Source: Macrostomum lignano | Taxonomy: Eukaryota | DNA length: 64,000 nucleotides | Direction of reading: 5' to 3' | Assembly: GCA_002269645.1 (NCBI GenBank) | Contig: NIVC01001767.1 | Location: 1-64,000, forward strand | Part shown: in pieces, positions 9,650-22,872 of the stretch | Layout of the letters: every line of letters begins with the position of its first letter | How positions within the stretch are numbered: position 1 is the first letter of the stretch | Notes under the pieces: generated by a model | Told to the model about the DNA's origin: nothing | Databases searched by the model: none | The model's input: the letters and a program-made list of their open reading frames with translations, nothing else | Program-made: the position numbers and the translations under genes

Positions 9650-10149
9650 GGTGGTGTTCAGTTCAAGGCTTTTCAATTCCTAAATGCTGAGATGAGCTGA
9701 TTTATGCTAAATTAATCATTTATATAGCTCAAAAACAAAAAATCTGCCTGTCAGAGAGTGACGCTAAATGCACTTCATTTTTTCGGTGACGCAACTGACC
9801 CTACACTGATAGAGGTTGATCATGCGCACTTAGGGGTGTATGGCGCCTCAGCTTTCGCAATTCGTCATGCATGTACACTGTGCCTTGGGGCTTGGGGGTA
9901 CGCACTCATGGGTGTGTATTTTGCCTTTAATTTAAAAAATCAATGGTCCTTGGTTAAAAATCATGACTTGTTTAGACCTTTCGCCATGCAATTAATGCTA
10001 ATTGAATAATTTACTGATTGTGGAGCTTGACATCGGCAGATTTTTTAAAAACTCTAGAAAAATACTTACCAAGTAATGGTGAACACAATAAAGCAGGTCG
10101 CTTTGTACTAGATTTTTTTAACCCTTACACGCAGCTCCTGCGCGCTGTG
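9234..10149 (-). mobile_element. 5' end of a Transib/RAG-like DNA transposon, truncated by the Polinton insertion
   Basis: Terminus on minus strand CACAGCG (10149-10143) + 23 bp + AAAAAAATC (10119-10111); TATA-like TATAAA near 9720; Zn-finger ORF from 9649. Confidence 0.7.
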
Positions 10150-11320
10150 ACCACAGACAACAACTTCATTAACAACAGTCACCACAGACAATAGCTTCAT
10201 TAACAACAGTCACCACAGACAATAGCTTCATTAACAACAGTCACCACAGACAATAACTTCATTAACAACAGTCACCACAGACAATAACTTCATTAACAAC
10301 AGTCACCACAGACAATAACTTCATTAACAACAGTCACCACAGACAATAACTTCATTAACAACAGTCACCACAGACAATAACTTCATTAACAACAGTCACC
10401 ACAGACAATAACTTCATTAACAACAGTCACCACAGACAATAACTTCATTAACAACAGTCACCACAGACAATAACTTCATTAACAACAGTCACCACAGACA
10501 ATAACTTCATTAACAACAGTCACCACAGACAATAACTTCATTAACAACAGTCACCACAGACAACAACTTCATTAACAACAGTCACCACAGACAATAACTT
10601 CATTAACAACAGTCACCACAGACAACAACTTCATTAACAACAGTCACCACAGACAATAACTTCATTAACAACAGTCACCACAGACAATAACTTCATTAAC
10701 AACAGTCACCACAGACAATAACTTCATTAACAACAGTCACCACAGACAATAACTTCATTAACAACAGTCACCACAGACAACAACTTCATTAACAACAGTC
10801 ACCACAGACAATAACTTCATTAACAACAGTCACCACAGACAATAACTTCATTAACAACAGTCACCACAGACAATAACTTCATTAACAACAGTCACCACAG
10901 ACAATAACTTCATTAACAACAGTCACCACAGACAATAACTTCATTAACAACAGTCACCACAGACAATAACTTCATTAACAACAGTCACCACAGACAATAA
11001 CTTCATTAACAACAGTCACCACAGACAATAACTTCATTAACAACAGTCACCACAGACAACAACTTCATTAACAACAGTCACCACAGACAATAACTTCATT
11101 AACAACAGTCACCACAGACAATAACTTCATTAACAACAGTCACCACAGACAACAACTTCATTAACAACAGTCACCACAGACAATAACTTCATTAACAACA
11201 GTCACCACAGACAACAACTTCATTAACAACAGTCACCACAGACAATAACTTCATTAACAACAGTCACCACAGACAATAACTTCATTAACAACAGTCACCA
11301 CAGACAACAACTTCATTAAC
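10150..11320. repeat. 31-bp minisatellite (CACAGACAATAACTTCATTAACAACAGTCAC), ~38 copies
   Basis: Near-identical tandem units directly abutting the transposon end. Confidence 0.97.
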
Positions 11321-11974
11321 AGCAGCAGTAGTTACCGTGAAGCACGACAAACCGTCTAAAATTAAATCATTTCATGTGCTGTCAAAGTCAAGTCGACAAG
11401 TTAATAAGCTTCATGTAACAAACATTATATTATCAACTGACAAGAGTATCAAATGCAGTCAATATATAACAACTGACTTACTCAAATAAGTCTTAATTCC
11501 AATCCTTTCACCGCACAAATAGGTGGTAATAATATTCACTTCGCTACTGAAGATTGCAAATATTGAGCCTTTCTTATAGACCTGTTGAGCTAGCAGTGCA
11601 AGAGGCACAAGAGTGAGAGCGAGCGACACAGAGCGAGGTGGGGGGCACACGACGCGAAACCAAAGGCGGAGACGAGTTATAAAAGATTGAGGCAGGGGGC
11701 AGAAGCAGAAATCACGTGCTGTACAGTAGCGCTGAAGATGTCGATAAGGACAGAGAATTTGTCAATAAACTATAATTCTTGCCAGAGTTTTCAAACGACG
11801 TGCCAAATTAGAAATGCACGCTTAGCTTATAAATTAATTTGATGAGGCCGGTGTCTGAAAGCGGCAAAGTAACTACCTGATTTTGTGCTAATTGAATATT
11901 TATTGACTAGTCATTGACAAGCAATTTGCATCTCATTAACTGGTACGTGGGCGCTCGCGGTCATATGCTTGAAT

Positions 11975-12270
11975 CGGTACAGGGCATGAGCTCGAATCGG
12001 TACAGGGCAGGAGCTCGAATCGGTACAGGTCATGAGCTCGAATCGGTACATGGCAGGAGCTCGAATCGGTACAGGGCATAAGCTCGAATCGGTACAGGGC
12101 ATGAGCTCGAATCGGTACAGGGCATAAGCTCGAATCGGTACAGGGCATGAGCTCGAATCGGTACAGGGCATGAGCTCGAATCGGTACAGGGCATGAGCTC
12201 GAATCGGTACAGGGCATGAGCTCGAATCGGTACAGGGCATGAGCTCGAATCGGTACAGGGCAGGAGCTCG
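11975..12270. repeat. 23-bp minisatellite (GAGCTCGAATCGGTACAGGGCAT), ~13 copies
   Basis: Direct reading of tandem units. Confidence 0.95.
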
Positions 12271-12826
12271 ACTTCTCAGAAGGACTTAGCTAGGCTTGTC
12301 AAAAATGTTTTTTCCATGGTAGCCGAGAAAGTCTTGAAGTTTACTTTGTATCTGAGCCTTGGGGGTACAAATATTATCAGTTGATAAGGAGACTCTTCTC
12401 TTAACGACAGGCTACGTTGATCCAGAGGAAAATTCTTATCTAATGCCAATGTGGCGCAATGCTGCTTTCGAAAAGTTTTATAAACATATAGAAACATGTT
12501 TGAACTCAAGAATTTCAATTAACAAACAGAATTCGATAAACCACTGAGTTTTAACAGTTGACGTCCTTTTCTGACTCGCCCCGGCGTATTTTTGCCAATA
12601 TTATAAAATCGATTAAGTCAGTGTAATTAGGAGTGTCATATTAATGTCATTTGAAAGTGCATGCAACAGTTTCTATTGATATGGCTTATTGATATGATTT
12701 ATTGATAAGTGGCAATTGTTGCTTGAATTTATTGGCAAATAATCTGAAGTGTACTAAGCATTCATTCAATCAAATATTCGGGAGGAAAAATCATTTCAAA
12801 GTACCCCAAATTTCCAACCAGATTCA

Positions 12827-13220
12827 TGAATCCCGAATCCCGAATCCCAAATCCCGAATCCCGATTCCCGATTTCCGATTCCCGAGTCCCGATTCCCGAT
12901 TCCCGATTCCCGATTCTCGATTCCCGATTCCCGATTCCCGATTCTCGATTCCCGATTCCCGATTCCCGATTCTCGATTCCCGATTCCCGATTCCCGATTC
13001 CAGAATCCCGATTCCCGAGTCCCGATTCCCGAGTCCCGAGTCCCGAGTCCCGAATCCCGAATCCCGAATCCCAAATCCCAAATCCCGAATCCCGAATCCC
13101 GAGTCCCGATTCCCGATTCCCGATTCCCGATTCCCGATTCCCGAGTCCCGATTCCATTCCCGATTCCCGAGTCCCAGTTCCCGATTCCCGATTCCTGAGT
13201 CCCGATTCCCGATTCCCAAA
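12827..13220. repeat. 7-bp tandem repeat (CCCGATT/CCCGAAT/CCCGAGT)
   Basis: Direct reading; lies just downstream of the glycosyltransferase stop. Confidence 0.95.
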
Positions 13221-13303
13221 TCACGTATCCGAAAACCCGAAACCCGAATCTTGAATCTGGGACCTCAAAGTAAGAATTCCCATTGGGGAAACAATCTCCG
13301 TCT

Positions 13304-16300
13304 TTAAAAGTGTCCATGAAGCCAGCTCTGTGCGTGAAACTGCACCGCGTAGGCATCTGGGAAGCTGGCCGCGCACAGCCTCTCCTGATGAAGCGTCATA
13401 TTTCCCAGATCGCGACAGTTGGCCGGGTTGCGGTTCACCGACCAACTGAAGGGATTCAAATAGCGGCCTGGCAAAATCAGCAGGTCGCCGCTTAAAACTG
13501 CGCCATCCTTCCGTTTCACGCTGTCGTGTTTCCGGATGTGGCTCCTCAGCTCCTGAAGCAGCATGAGCGGCCCCGTGATGTGCTCCGGCCTCAGCTGGCT
13601 GGATTTCCGCTTATCCAACTTTTCCAATGCGGAGAATTTCTTAAGCTCCTGAGCAGCTCGCCAGGCCAGCTGGAGCCAGAACGGGTGCCCGGGCCGCGAT
13701 GCCATCAGCGAGTTCTGCACGTAGATGCCTTGCACAGTTTCCCAAGGTCGGTTCTGTGCATGGTCCATGCCCGCCAGCACTATGGAGGCCGTGTTAAATA
13801 ACTCGGTGAAATTCTTTAGGCACAGGCTGTCCAAGTCTGCGTAGATGCCGCCGTGTCTGTGCAGGTACAGGTATCTGGAAGAGCGATAAGTAGCCATGGA
13901 GTTACATGTACATGCATTAACATGCAGAAGAATCGCCCTCACCCTCCATGAGAATCGCCCCCCTCACCCTCCATGAGAATCGCCCCTCATCTTCCATGAG
14001 AATCGCCCCCCTCACCCTCCATGAGAATCGCCCCCCTCACCTTCCATGAGAATCGCCTCTCACCCTCCATGAGAATCGCCCCTCACCCTCCATGAGAATC
14101 GCCCCCTCACCTTCCATGAGAATCGCCCCTCGCCCTCCATGAGAATCGCCCCTCACCCTCCATGAGAATCGCCCCCCTCACCTTCCATGAGAATCGCCCC
14201 TCACCCTCCATGAGAATCGCCCCCCTCACCCTCCATGAGAATCGCCCCCTCACCCTCCATGAGAATCGCCCCTCACCCTCCATGAGAATCGCCCCCTCAC
14301 CCTCCATGAGAATCGCCCCTCACCCTCCATGAGAATCGCCCCCTCACCCTCCATGAGAATCGCCCCTCACCTTCCATGAGAATCGCCCCCCTCACCCTCC
14401 ATGAGAATCGCCCCCCTCACCTTCCATGAGAATCGCCCCTCACCCTCCATGAGAATCGCCCCTCACCTTCCATGAGAATCGCCCCCCTCACCCTGCATGA
14501 GAATCGCCCTCACCTTCCATGAGAATCGCCCCCCTCACCCTCCATGAGAATCGCCCCCTCACCCTCCATGAGAATCGCCCCCCTCACCATCCATGAGAAT
14601 CGCCCCTCACCCTCCATGAGAATCGCCCCCCTCACCCTCCATGAGAATCGCCCCTCACCCTCCATGAGAATCGCCCCCTCACCCTCCATGAGAATCGCCC
14701 CTCACCCTCCATGAGAATCGCCCCCTCACCCTCCATGAGAATCGCCCCTCACCTTCCATGAGAATCGCCCCCCTCACCCTCCATGAGAATCGCCCCCCTC
14801 ACTCTCCATGAGAATCGTCCCCTCACCCTCCATGAGAATCGCCCCTCACCCTCCATGAGAATCGCCCCTCACCCTCCATGAGAATCTTCCTTTTGCAACT
14901 CCCCACCGAAAATCTAATATTTGACAGCACAATCTAACAGGTGACCAACACAATCTAACAGGTGACCAACACAATCTAACAGGTGACCAACACAATCTAA
15001 CAGGTGACCAACACAATCTAACAGGTGACCAACACAATCTAACAGGTGACCAACACAATCTAACAGGTGACCAACACAATCTAACAGGTGACCAACACAA
15101 TCTAACAGGTGACCAACACAATCTAACAGGTGACCAACACAATCTAACAGGTGACCAACACAATCTAACAGGTAAACCAACACAATCTAACAGGTAAACC
15201 AACACAATCTAACAGGTAAACCAACACAATTTAACAGGTGACCAACACATTCTAACAGGTAAACCAACACAATCTAACAGGTGACCAACACAATCTAACA
15301 GGTAAACCAACACAATCTAACAGGTAAACCAACACAATTTAACAGGTGACCAACACATTCTAACAGGTAAACCAACACAATCTAACAGGTAAACCAACAC
15401 AATTTAACAGGTGACCAACACATTCTAACAGGTAAACCAACACAATCTAACAGGTAAACCAAAACAATCTAACAGGTAAACCAACACAATCTAACAGGTA
15501 AACCAACACAATCTAACAGGTAAACCAAAACAATCTAACAGGTAAACCAACACAATCTAACAGGTAAACCAACACAATCTAACAGCTAAACCAACACAAT
15601 CTAACAGGTAAACCAAAACAATCTAATAGGTAAACCAACACAATCTAACAGGTAAACCAACACAATCTAACAGGTAAACCAACACAATCTAACAGGTAAA
15701 CCAACACAATCTAACAGGTAAACCAACACAATCTAACAGGTAAACCAACACAATCTAACAGGTAAACCAACACAATCTAACAGGTAAACCAACACAATCT
15801 AACAGGTGACCAACACAATCTAACAGGTAAACCAACACAATCTAACAGGTAAACCAACACAATTTAACAGGTGACCAACACATTCTAACAGGTAAACCAA
15901 CACAATCTAACAGGTAAACCAAAACAATCTAACAGGTAAACCAACACAATCTAACAGGTAAACCAACACAATCTAACAGGTAAACCAACACAATCTAACA
16001 GGTGACCAACACAATCTAACAGGTAAACCAACACAATCTAACAGGTAAACCAACACAATCTAACAGGTGACCAACACAATCTAACAGGTAAACCAACACA
16101 ATCTAACAGGTAAACCAACACAATCTAACAGGTGACCAACACAATCTAACAGGTAAACCAACACAATCTAACAGGTAAACCAACACAATTTAACAGGTGA
16201 CCAACACATTCTAACAGGTAAACCAACACAATCTAACAGGTAAACCAAAACAATCTAACAGGTAAACCAACACAATCTAACAGGTAAACCAACACAATCT

Positions 16301-17870
16301 AACAGGTAAACCAAAACAATCTAACAGGTAAACCAACACAATCTAACAGGTAAACCAACACAATCTAACAGGTAAACCAAAACAATCTAACAGGTAAACC
16401 AACACAATCTAACAGGTGACCAACACAATCTAACAGGTAAACCAACACAATCTAACAGGTAAACCAAAACAATCTAATAGGTAAACCAACACAATCTAAC
16501 AGGTAAACCAACACAATCTAACAGGTAAACCAACACAATCTAACAGGTAAACCAACACAATCTAACAGGTAAACCAACACAATCTAACAGGTAAACCAAC
16601 ACAATCTAACAGGTAAACCAACACAATCTAACAGGTAAACCAACACAATCTAACAGGTAAACCAACACAATCTAACAGGTAAACCAACACAATCTAACAG
16701 GTAAACCAAAACAATCTAACAGGTAAACCAACACAATCTAACAGGTAAACCAACACAATCTAACAGGTAAACCAACACAATCTAACAGGTAAACCAAAAC
16801 AATCTAACAGGTAAACCAACACAATCTAACAGGTAAACCAACACAATCTAACAGGTAAACCAAAACAATCTAACAGGTAAACCAACACAATCTAACAGGT
16901 AAACCAACACAATCTAACAGGTAAACCAACACAATCTAACAGGTAAACCAACACAATCTAACAGGTAAACCAACACAATCTAACAGGTAAACCAACACAA
17001 TCTAACAGGTAAACCAACACAATCTAACAGGTAAACCAACACAATCTAACAGGTAAACCAAAACAATCTAACAGGTAAACCAACACAATCTAACAGGTAA
17101 ACCAACACAATCTAACAGGTAAACCAACACAATCTAACAGGTAAACCAAAACAATCTAACAGGTAAACCAACACAATCTAACAGGTAAACCAACACAATC
17201 TAACAGGTAAACCAACACAATCTAACAGGTAAACCAACACAATCTAACAGGTAAACCAAAACAATCTAACAGGTAAACCAACACAATCTAACAGGTAAAC
17301 CAACACAATCTAACAGGTAAACCAACACAATCTAACAGGTAAAGCAACACAATCTAACAGGTAAACCAAAACAATCTAACAGGTAAACCAACACAATCTA
17401 ACAAGTAACAGCACACCTTCATCACATCCTAGCCTCATCAGTCATTGATCAATTGAACTACCTTGCTAAGTCGGCTCTCTCCACAGGCCTCCTGAGTCCC
17501 AGGTAGGTGTCCAGTAGCCAGGGATAGTGCCTGCGCACCAGCCGCAGGTTGTCAGCGTCAGTCCACAGCCGGTAGTGCCAGTCTGGGAAGCACCGGCGCC
17601 AGCTTTCTGACCAACGCGACGCTCTCGCCGAAGGCAGCCTCCTGGTCTTCCAGCTCTGGTGCACCTGACGGCTGATCGGTACTCGCCTCGTTTCCGTGGC
17701 AACATCAGCGTCTTCAGGCGAGTGAACCAAGGATTCGTGATGCACCTCTTGAGCGTAGCCGAATCGCCGATTGCTCGGGACCAGCTGGCACAACAGTGCC
17801 AACGACAGCAGGACCAGAATAGCACTTAGCAGCGCAACTTTGCAGCGCTTCTTACTATGGAAGGGAGCAA
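13304..17870 (-). CDS. GT32 (DXD sugar-binding, SUR1/OCH1-like) glycosyltransferase, type II membrane; exons 17870-17462 and 13874-13304; first coding exon not identified
   Basis: TM segment (VALLSAILVLLSLALL), VHQSWKT, WHYRLWTDADN, spliced RADLAR|YLYLHRHGGIYADLD, TGPLML. Phase-2 GT-AG intron 17461-13875 joins correctly; stop at 13304-13306. Confidence 0.88.
13928..14890. repeat. 22-25-bp minisatellite (CACCCTCCATGAGAATCGCCCC(C)T) in the GT32 intron
   Basis: Direct reading; unit length varies with the C-run. Confidence 0.96.
14925..17403. repeat. 21-bp minisatellite (AATCTAACAGGT[G/A]A[C/A]CCAACAC-type), ~118 copies, in the GT32 intron
   Basis: Direct reading; GTGACC variant at left grades into GTAAACC variant at right. 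Confidence 0.97.
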
Positions 17871-18019
17871 CTGTAGGAAATGCAGGAATTTTTTTTAATT
17901 TAAAAATTTTCAAATATTGAGACAAAAAAGAGTTAAATTCTATTCCATATTTACTCTTAGTAGACGGTTGCGCGATGAGTCAGCCATAAATCAGAGAATA
18001 ATAGACTGTCATTCTTAGA

Positions 18020-18465
18020 TGCTTCCCTGACAGTCATTCCTACAGTAAGATGCTTCCCTGACAGTCATTCCTACAGTCAGATGCGTCCCTGACAGTCATT
18101 CCTACAGTCAGATGCATCCCTGACAGTCATTCCTACAGTCAGATGCATCCCTGACAGTCATTCCTACAGTCAGATGCATCCCTGACAGTCATTCCTACAG
18201 TGTCAGATGCGTCCCTGACAGTCATTCCTAGATGTCATTCCTACAGTAATATGCATCCCTGACAGTCATTCCTACAGTCAGATGCGTCCCTGACAGTCAT
18301 TCCTACAGTCAGATGCGTCCCTGACAGTCATTCCTAGATGTCATTCCTACAGTCAGATGCGTCCCTGACAGTCATTCCTAGATGTCATTCCTACAGTAAT
18401 ATGCGTCCCTGACAGTCATTCCTACAGTCAGATGCGTCCCTGACAGTCATTCCTACAGTCATATG
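18020..18465. repeat. ~31-bp minisatellite (GATGCRTCCCTGACAGTCATTCCTACAGTCA)
   Basis: Direct reading, with partial units. Confidence 0.9.
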
Positions 18466-21400
18466 CTTTTCTGAAATTCATTCGTAGATTCTTACTTTTT
18501 TCTTCCTAACAGTCTTCCTACATTCGTCCTTGCATGTGACTGTACTTGCAATTAGGCCCTGGCAAATAAGAACTCCTCTATATTAAAAACATGAATCTAA
18601 ACGTTAACCATAGGCTATAGTATGTACTAAAACATGTGATTTTTTTACTTACCTATGTCTATGAAACGAAATAAATTTGCCATTATGGCTTACGGTGGCT
18701 TTAATAAAACTCAGAGGAAATGCAAATACTTATTAGTAGATCTAACGATTCACGATGTTGAGAGTCAGTTTGCATACACCAAATATGCGAGCTAACATAT
18801 ACTGCACAAGCGCTTACATGTAGTTATGCTGGCTTTCTGTATGAATTCAATTTTTATTGGTCTCGAAGAGAGGGGGCAGGATTTCCAGATATTTGAGCAA
18901 TTGGCAGAAGTCATTGTCAAGAAGCTACAGTATATAGCCATTAGCAAATGACGAATTCAAAACAGAAATCGATAATGTGAAAAAACTGAAGCGAGCTTTA
19001 ACACTACAGTAAGTGCGTAATTGGGTACAGAGAATGGTGTACACTCAGCAGCATGTGGCCCAACTCTTGCCACAACTCTCCACTCCCTGCTTTCCAGCTT
19101 AAGCATCAGCATCACCCACAAGACAAAAGCCTTGGGGACCCTAGCTGCGAATTGAGTCACTATTGGGGTTGAGCTAGTGAGATAAAATTGACCACTCAAG
19201 GTTAAGAACCATTTTATTATTTTCTATCATATACTCAGCAACATTGAAAAGTTGCCACTCTATGCGCCAGTGAGCAATATTCCTCTTGGACTGTTCTGAA
19301 CTAAAAGATACGAGAAAACTGATTGGGGTAGCTTTAATCCGTCCAACCCTCGCACACCGCTCCCCTACTTCATTCCTCAATTTAAGTCTGCCGCGGTCTG
19401 TACGACTTTTGGCACCCTGACTATCGAAATACAGTACCAATAAAGGAAAAAGCTGGACCTGTTGTGACAGGAAAAACATTTGTTGGTCTGTTTAACAATA
19501 AGAGTTCGCTTTAGCATTAGCACACTGAATCACTGAATAGAAAGGGTGGCACCTTGGGTAATTTTCAGTTAAGTATTTTTACTAATGATGGGTTTCGGCC
19601 TTTTCGGCCCCTTTCGGGAAGCCTTCGGGCCTCAGGTCTCAGAAATAAATCAATTAGAGTCCTGGCCCCCCAACTCCTGTCAGATGGTCAGCCCCATGGT
19701 AGCTTGATCGTGTGGCAAGCAGTCTAGGTCCTTAGCTAAGAGAGGGACAGCGAGAGACAAGCAGGGAGAATTTTGAAGGTAGAGATCAGCTAATCCACAG
19801 ATTAACTAACCCGCTGCCACCAGCCCGTACGTCCTGGCTCACCAAACCGGAACTTTCGAAATCGGGCTTCCGACTAGAGGGGGCTTAGCACTTTATACCT
19901 GCCAACTAGTGTCTTTTTGCTGTCAATCTCGAAATCATAGCCGATTTTAAGGGACACTGCTGGGACTTGATCGCATTGGCCATGCAGGTACAGATGGGAC
20001 TTGTGCAGGGGATTCTTGCAGTGGCGAGACTATGGGGTAGCTACATGTACTATTACATTGCTAAATACGAGGAATTGTACTTTTGGCCTTCATTCAACGC
20101 GCCAACCAGCCTCTCGTAGCGCTGATGATAGGCTAACTCGAACTTCAGAGGCCGCATGATTCATTACCCGAGCCGCTTGGCGAACCTAGAGTGCACAGAG
20201 TACATCTCTGGCGCCGATTTTGCACTATTGGCAATTTTGCTCACTGATTTGATGGATTGATCGACTGAGAACTGCCTTGCCATTGGTCCACTGCGACCGG
20301 CGCCTACTACTCGTCTGAGCCATCGGCGAGCAAAGAAATAAAACCGATAAAAATAACTGTCAGATTTAACCTTCTCCTCAGATCACTTCACACTTCAGAT
20401 TGAATTGGAGTCTTAGACTACTAGCAGTATTATTGAATGATTTCTGCCTCAATAACAGCACTGCTGAACAAAATGAGCAAAAGTGTGCGCCTAATCCAGC
20501 TACTGAAATAGGGGACAGATAAGGGATCACCCAATAAAGCAAGTCTAGGTGGCCTCTCACCCAACCAATCAGAAACTCAACAGCCGGGGACCAGGTAATC
20601 CACAGTGACCGAATCGGCTTAGTGCTTCGCAGCTGTACACCCGGGATGATGCTGATGTCACAATCTTCGCAGATGGCTAGCAGCAGGTGATGTTCTTAAT
20701 CTTGATGTTCGCTGCTGACGACCGGGGGGTCCTTGATCGTCCTTGATGATGATGGGGGAAGGTCGCGATCCGGGAATCAAGAGACGACGGTCGAGCTCCG
20801 GGAGGTCTAAGTTAGGCCAAAGTCCCAGGAGGCGGAGCAGGAATTTAAAGTCCGAGTGGGCCAAAAACACCAGTTTAAATAGCCGCCAACTGGACCGCAA
20901 TTTGTTATAATAGAACACCTCGACGCTGATTGGCTGAGCCGATTTGCTATAACGCGGTCGAATTTTCTGATTGGCTGAGCTTGTTGCCACCCAAACTTAC
21001 GTGACCAGAAGATCCTATCAGTTCCCTTGGGGCCATAAAAATACGACAGGTGCGGTCATAAATCACTCAAAATCGCTACATAATGATTTATGACCTTTCG
21101 TGTAGGAATGACAAAATTAATGAAAAAATATACATTAGAAAGCTCTTATTAAGTAGAAAGTGAAAATAATGAAGAGAAATCGCTAATATCTAATCCCAAC
21201 GTACTTTTAGGGGTAAAACGCATAGCTGTCAAAGCTGTCACACGCTTGAGTAAACACGAACAATAGGCCCTGACCTCATAAATCTTGATGGCCTGTCAAA
21301 ATGATGAGAAAAAAGCTATCATTCGCATCCCCTCAGACCATCTAGCGCCAGTCTCAGAATTGAGTGAGGCGCAGGTGACTGTCAGACCAGCTCGAAAGCA

Positions 21401-22097
21401 ATGATTTATGACCCAAAAGCCGCACCTATGTTATTATAACTACAAGTATGGCAAAATCATATAACTAGTATGAATTCTAGGAAAATTGCATAAAGAGAAG
21501 AAAAAATACCCATAGACTGCTGTCAGTAGGCTAGTAAGTTTGGAGCCCATGTGCGAGCGTGAAGTTTGAAAAGTGCGTCCTCATCACTAATCTGGAAGTA
21601 ATAAAATTAGATGTTGTGAGAACCCGTTTTTTGGCACAATGGAGTAGTCATTCACTGTTTTCGTGATGATACTACTAAAAATTTAGTATGAACGCGTGAC
21701 ATTTACATATATACTAAGCAACATCGAAATGTCGCCATCACAGAAGATTCCTGTGATGACGTACAGTGTAGTTGTGTTGTGTGAGAGGGGCTGAGGGGAA
21801 GTGGGGTAGGAATGTTCTTTGTCTCGATGCGTCACCCTGTGCTTGCTTGTTCGTTCCTTCCTTTCCCTTTGCCCCTTTTTCTTTGCGTACATGTATGATC
21901 TGAGACCCTCGAGGGTCTTTGTTGTTGGCTAAATATAGAATATAGAAGCAACGGGCTCTTTCGGAGCCTCTATCTTTCTTCCGCAGTAGACACGGTCTAC
22001 AAAAATTCCAATTTCATCTGTGTTCGCCACTTTTGAGAGTTCAGGTAAAGTCTCTCAATCTTTGCGAGTGACTTAACTTACATGTATCTACATGTCA

Positions 22098-22872
22098 ACA
22101 TGTATATGAAAGTTTACACCCAGAAACAACATGTTTGCCAGTGAGCAATTTCTTTTGGGCTATTCTGAAATAAAAGATACGAGAAAACTGGGTAGCTTTA
22201 ATCCGTCGAACCCTCGCACACCGCGCTCCCCCCACCACTGGTGAAAAACTGGTGAAAATCACTGGTGTGCGAGGGTTGGACGGATAGTGACATTATTAGA
22301 TAGTGACATTAGCTAGTGACATTGATAGTGATATAGTGATAGATAGATAGATAGTGATAGATGATAGATAGATAGATGATAGATGATAGATAGATGATAG
22401 ATGATAGATAGATGATAGATGATAGATAGAGATAGATGATAGATAGATGATAGATGATATATAGATGATAGATGATATATAGAGATAGATCATCGATAGA
22501 TATAGATAGATGATAGATAGATAGATGATAGATGATAGATAGATGATAGATGATAGATAGATGATAGATGATATATAGAGATAGATCATCGATAGATATA
22601 GATAGATGATAGATAGAGATAGATGTTAGATGATAGATATAGATAGATGATCGATGATAGATAGAGATAGGTGATAGATAGAAGATAGTGATAGATAATG
22701 ATTAGATAGTGACATTAGACGACCCCACCATGGTGGTAGGGGAGCGCGGTTTGCGAGAGTTGGACGGATTAAAGCTACCCAGTTTTCTCGTATCTTTTAT
22801 TTCAGAATAGCCCAAAAGAAATTGCTCACTGGCAAGCATGTTGTTTCTGGGTGTAAACTCTCGTATACATGT
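22098..22872. mobile_element. foldback/MITE-like structure: ~145-bp inverted arms (22098-22243, 22728-22872) around a GATA/GAT microsatellite
   Basis: Arms align at >90% by eye; a third single copy of the arm lies at ~19266-19370; no clear TSD. Confidence 0.6.
22290..22715. repeat. degenerate (GATA)n/(GAT)n microsatellite
   Basis: Direct reading. Confidence 0.95.

Noticed and set aside
10118-10130. TTAA|CCCTT as a piggyBac left end
   Set aside because: No matching AAGGG|TTAA right end or transposase nearby; the sequence is better explained as the spacer of the heptamer-23-nonamer end.
10150-11320. CRISPR-like appearance of the 31-bp and similar arrays
   Set aside because: Units are directly adjacent with no unique spacers; there are no cas genes and the context is eukaryotic.
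11325-11880. MITE bounded by CAGTAGTTAC / GTAACTACCTG
   Set aside because: The match is ~10 bp with an indel and there is no TSD; could be chance.
19540-21440. Possible decayed DNA transposons (short GGGTGGCA inverted match; imperfect AGGTGCGG..GTCATAAATCA arms at ~21050 and ~21410; Cys/His-rich fragment near 20000 on the minus strand)
   Set aside because: TIRs are too short or degenerate, there is no TSD and no sustained ORF; cannot be classified.
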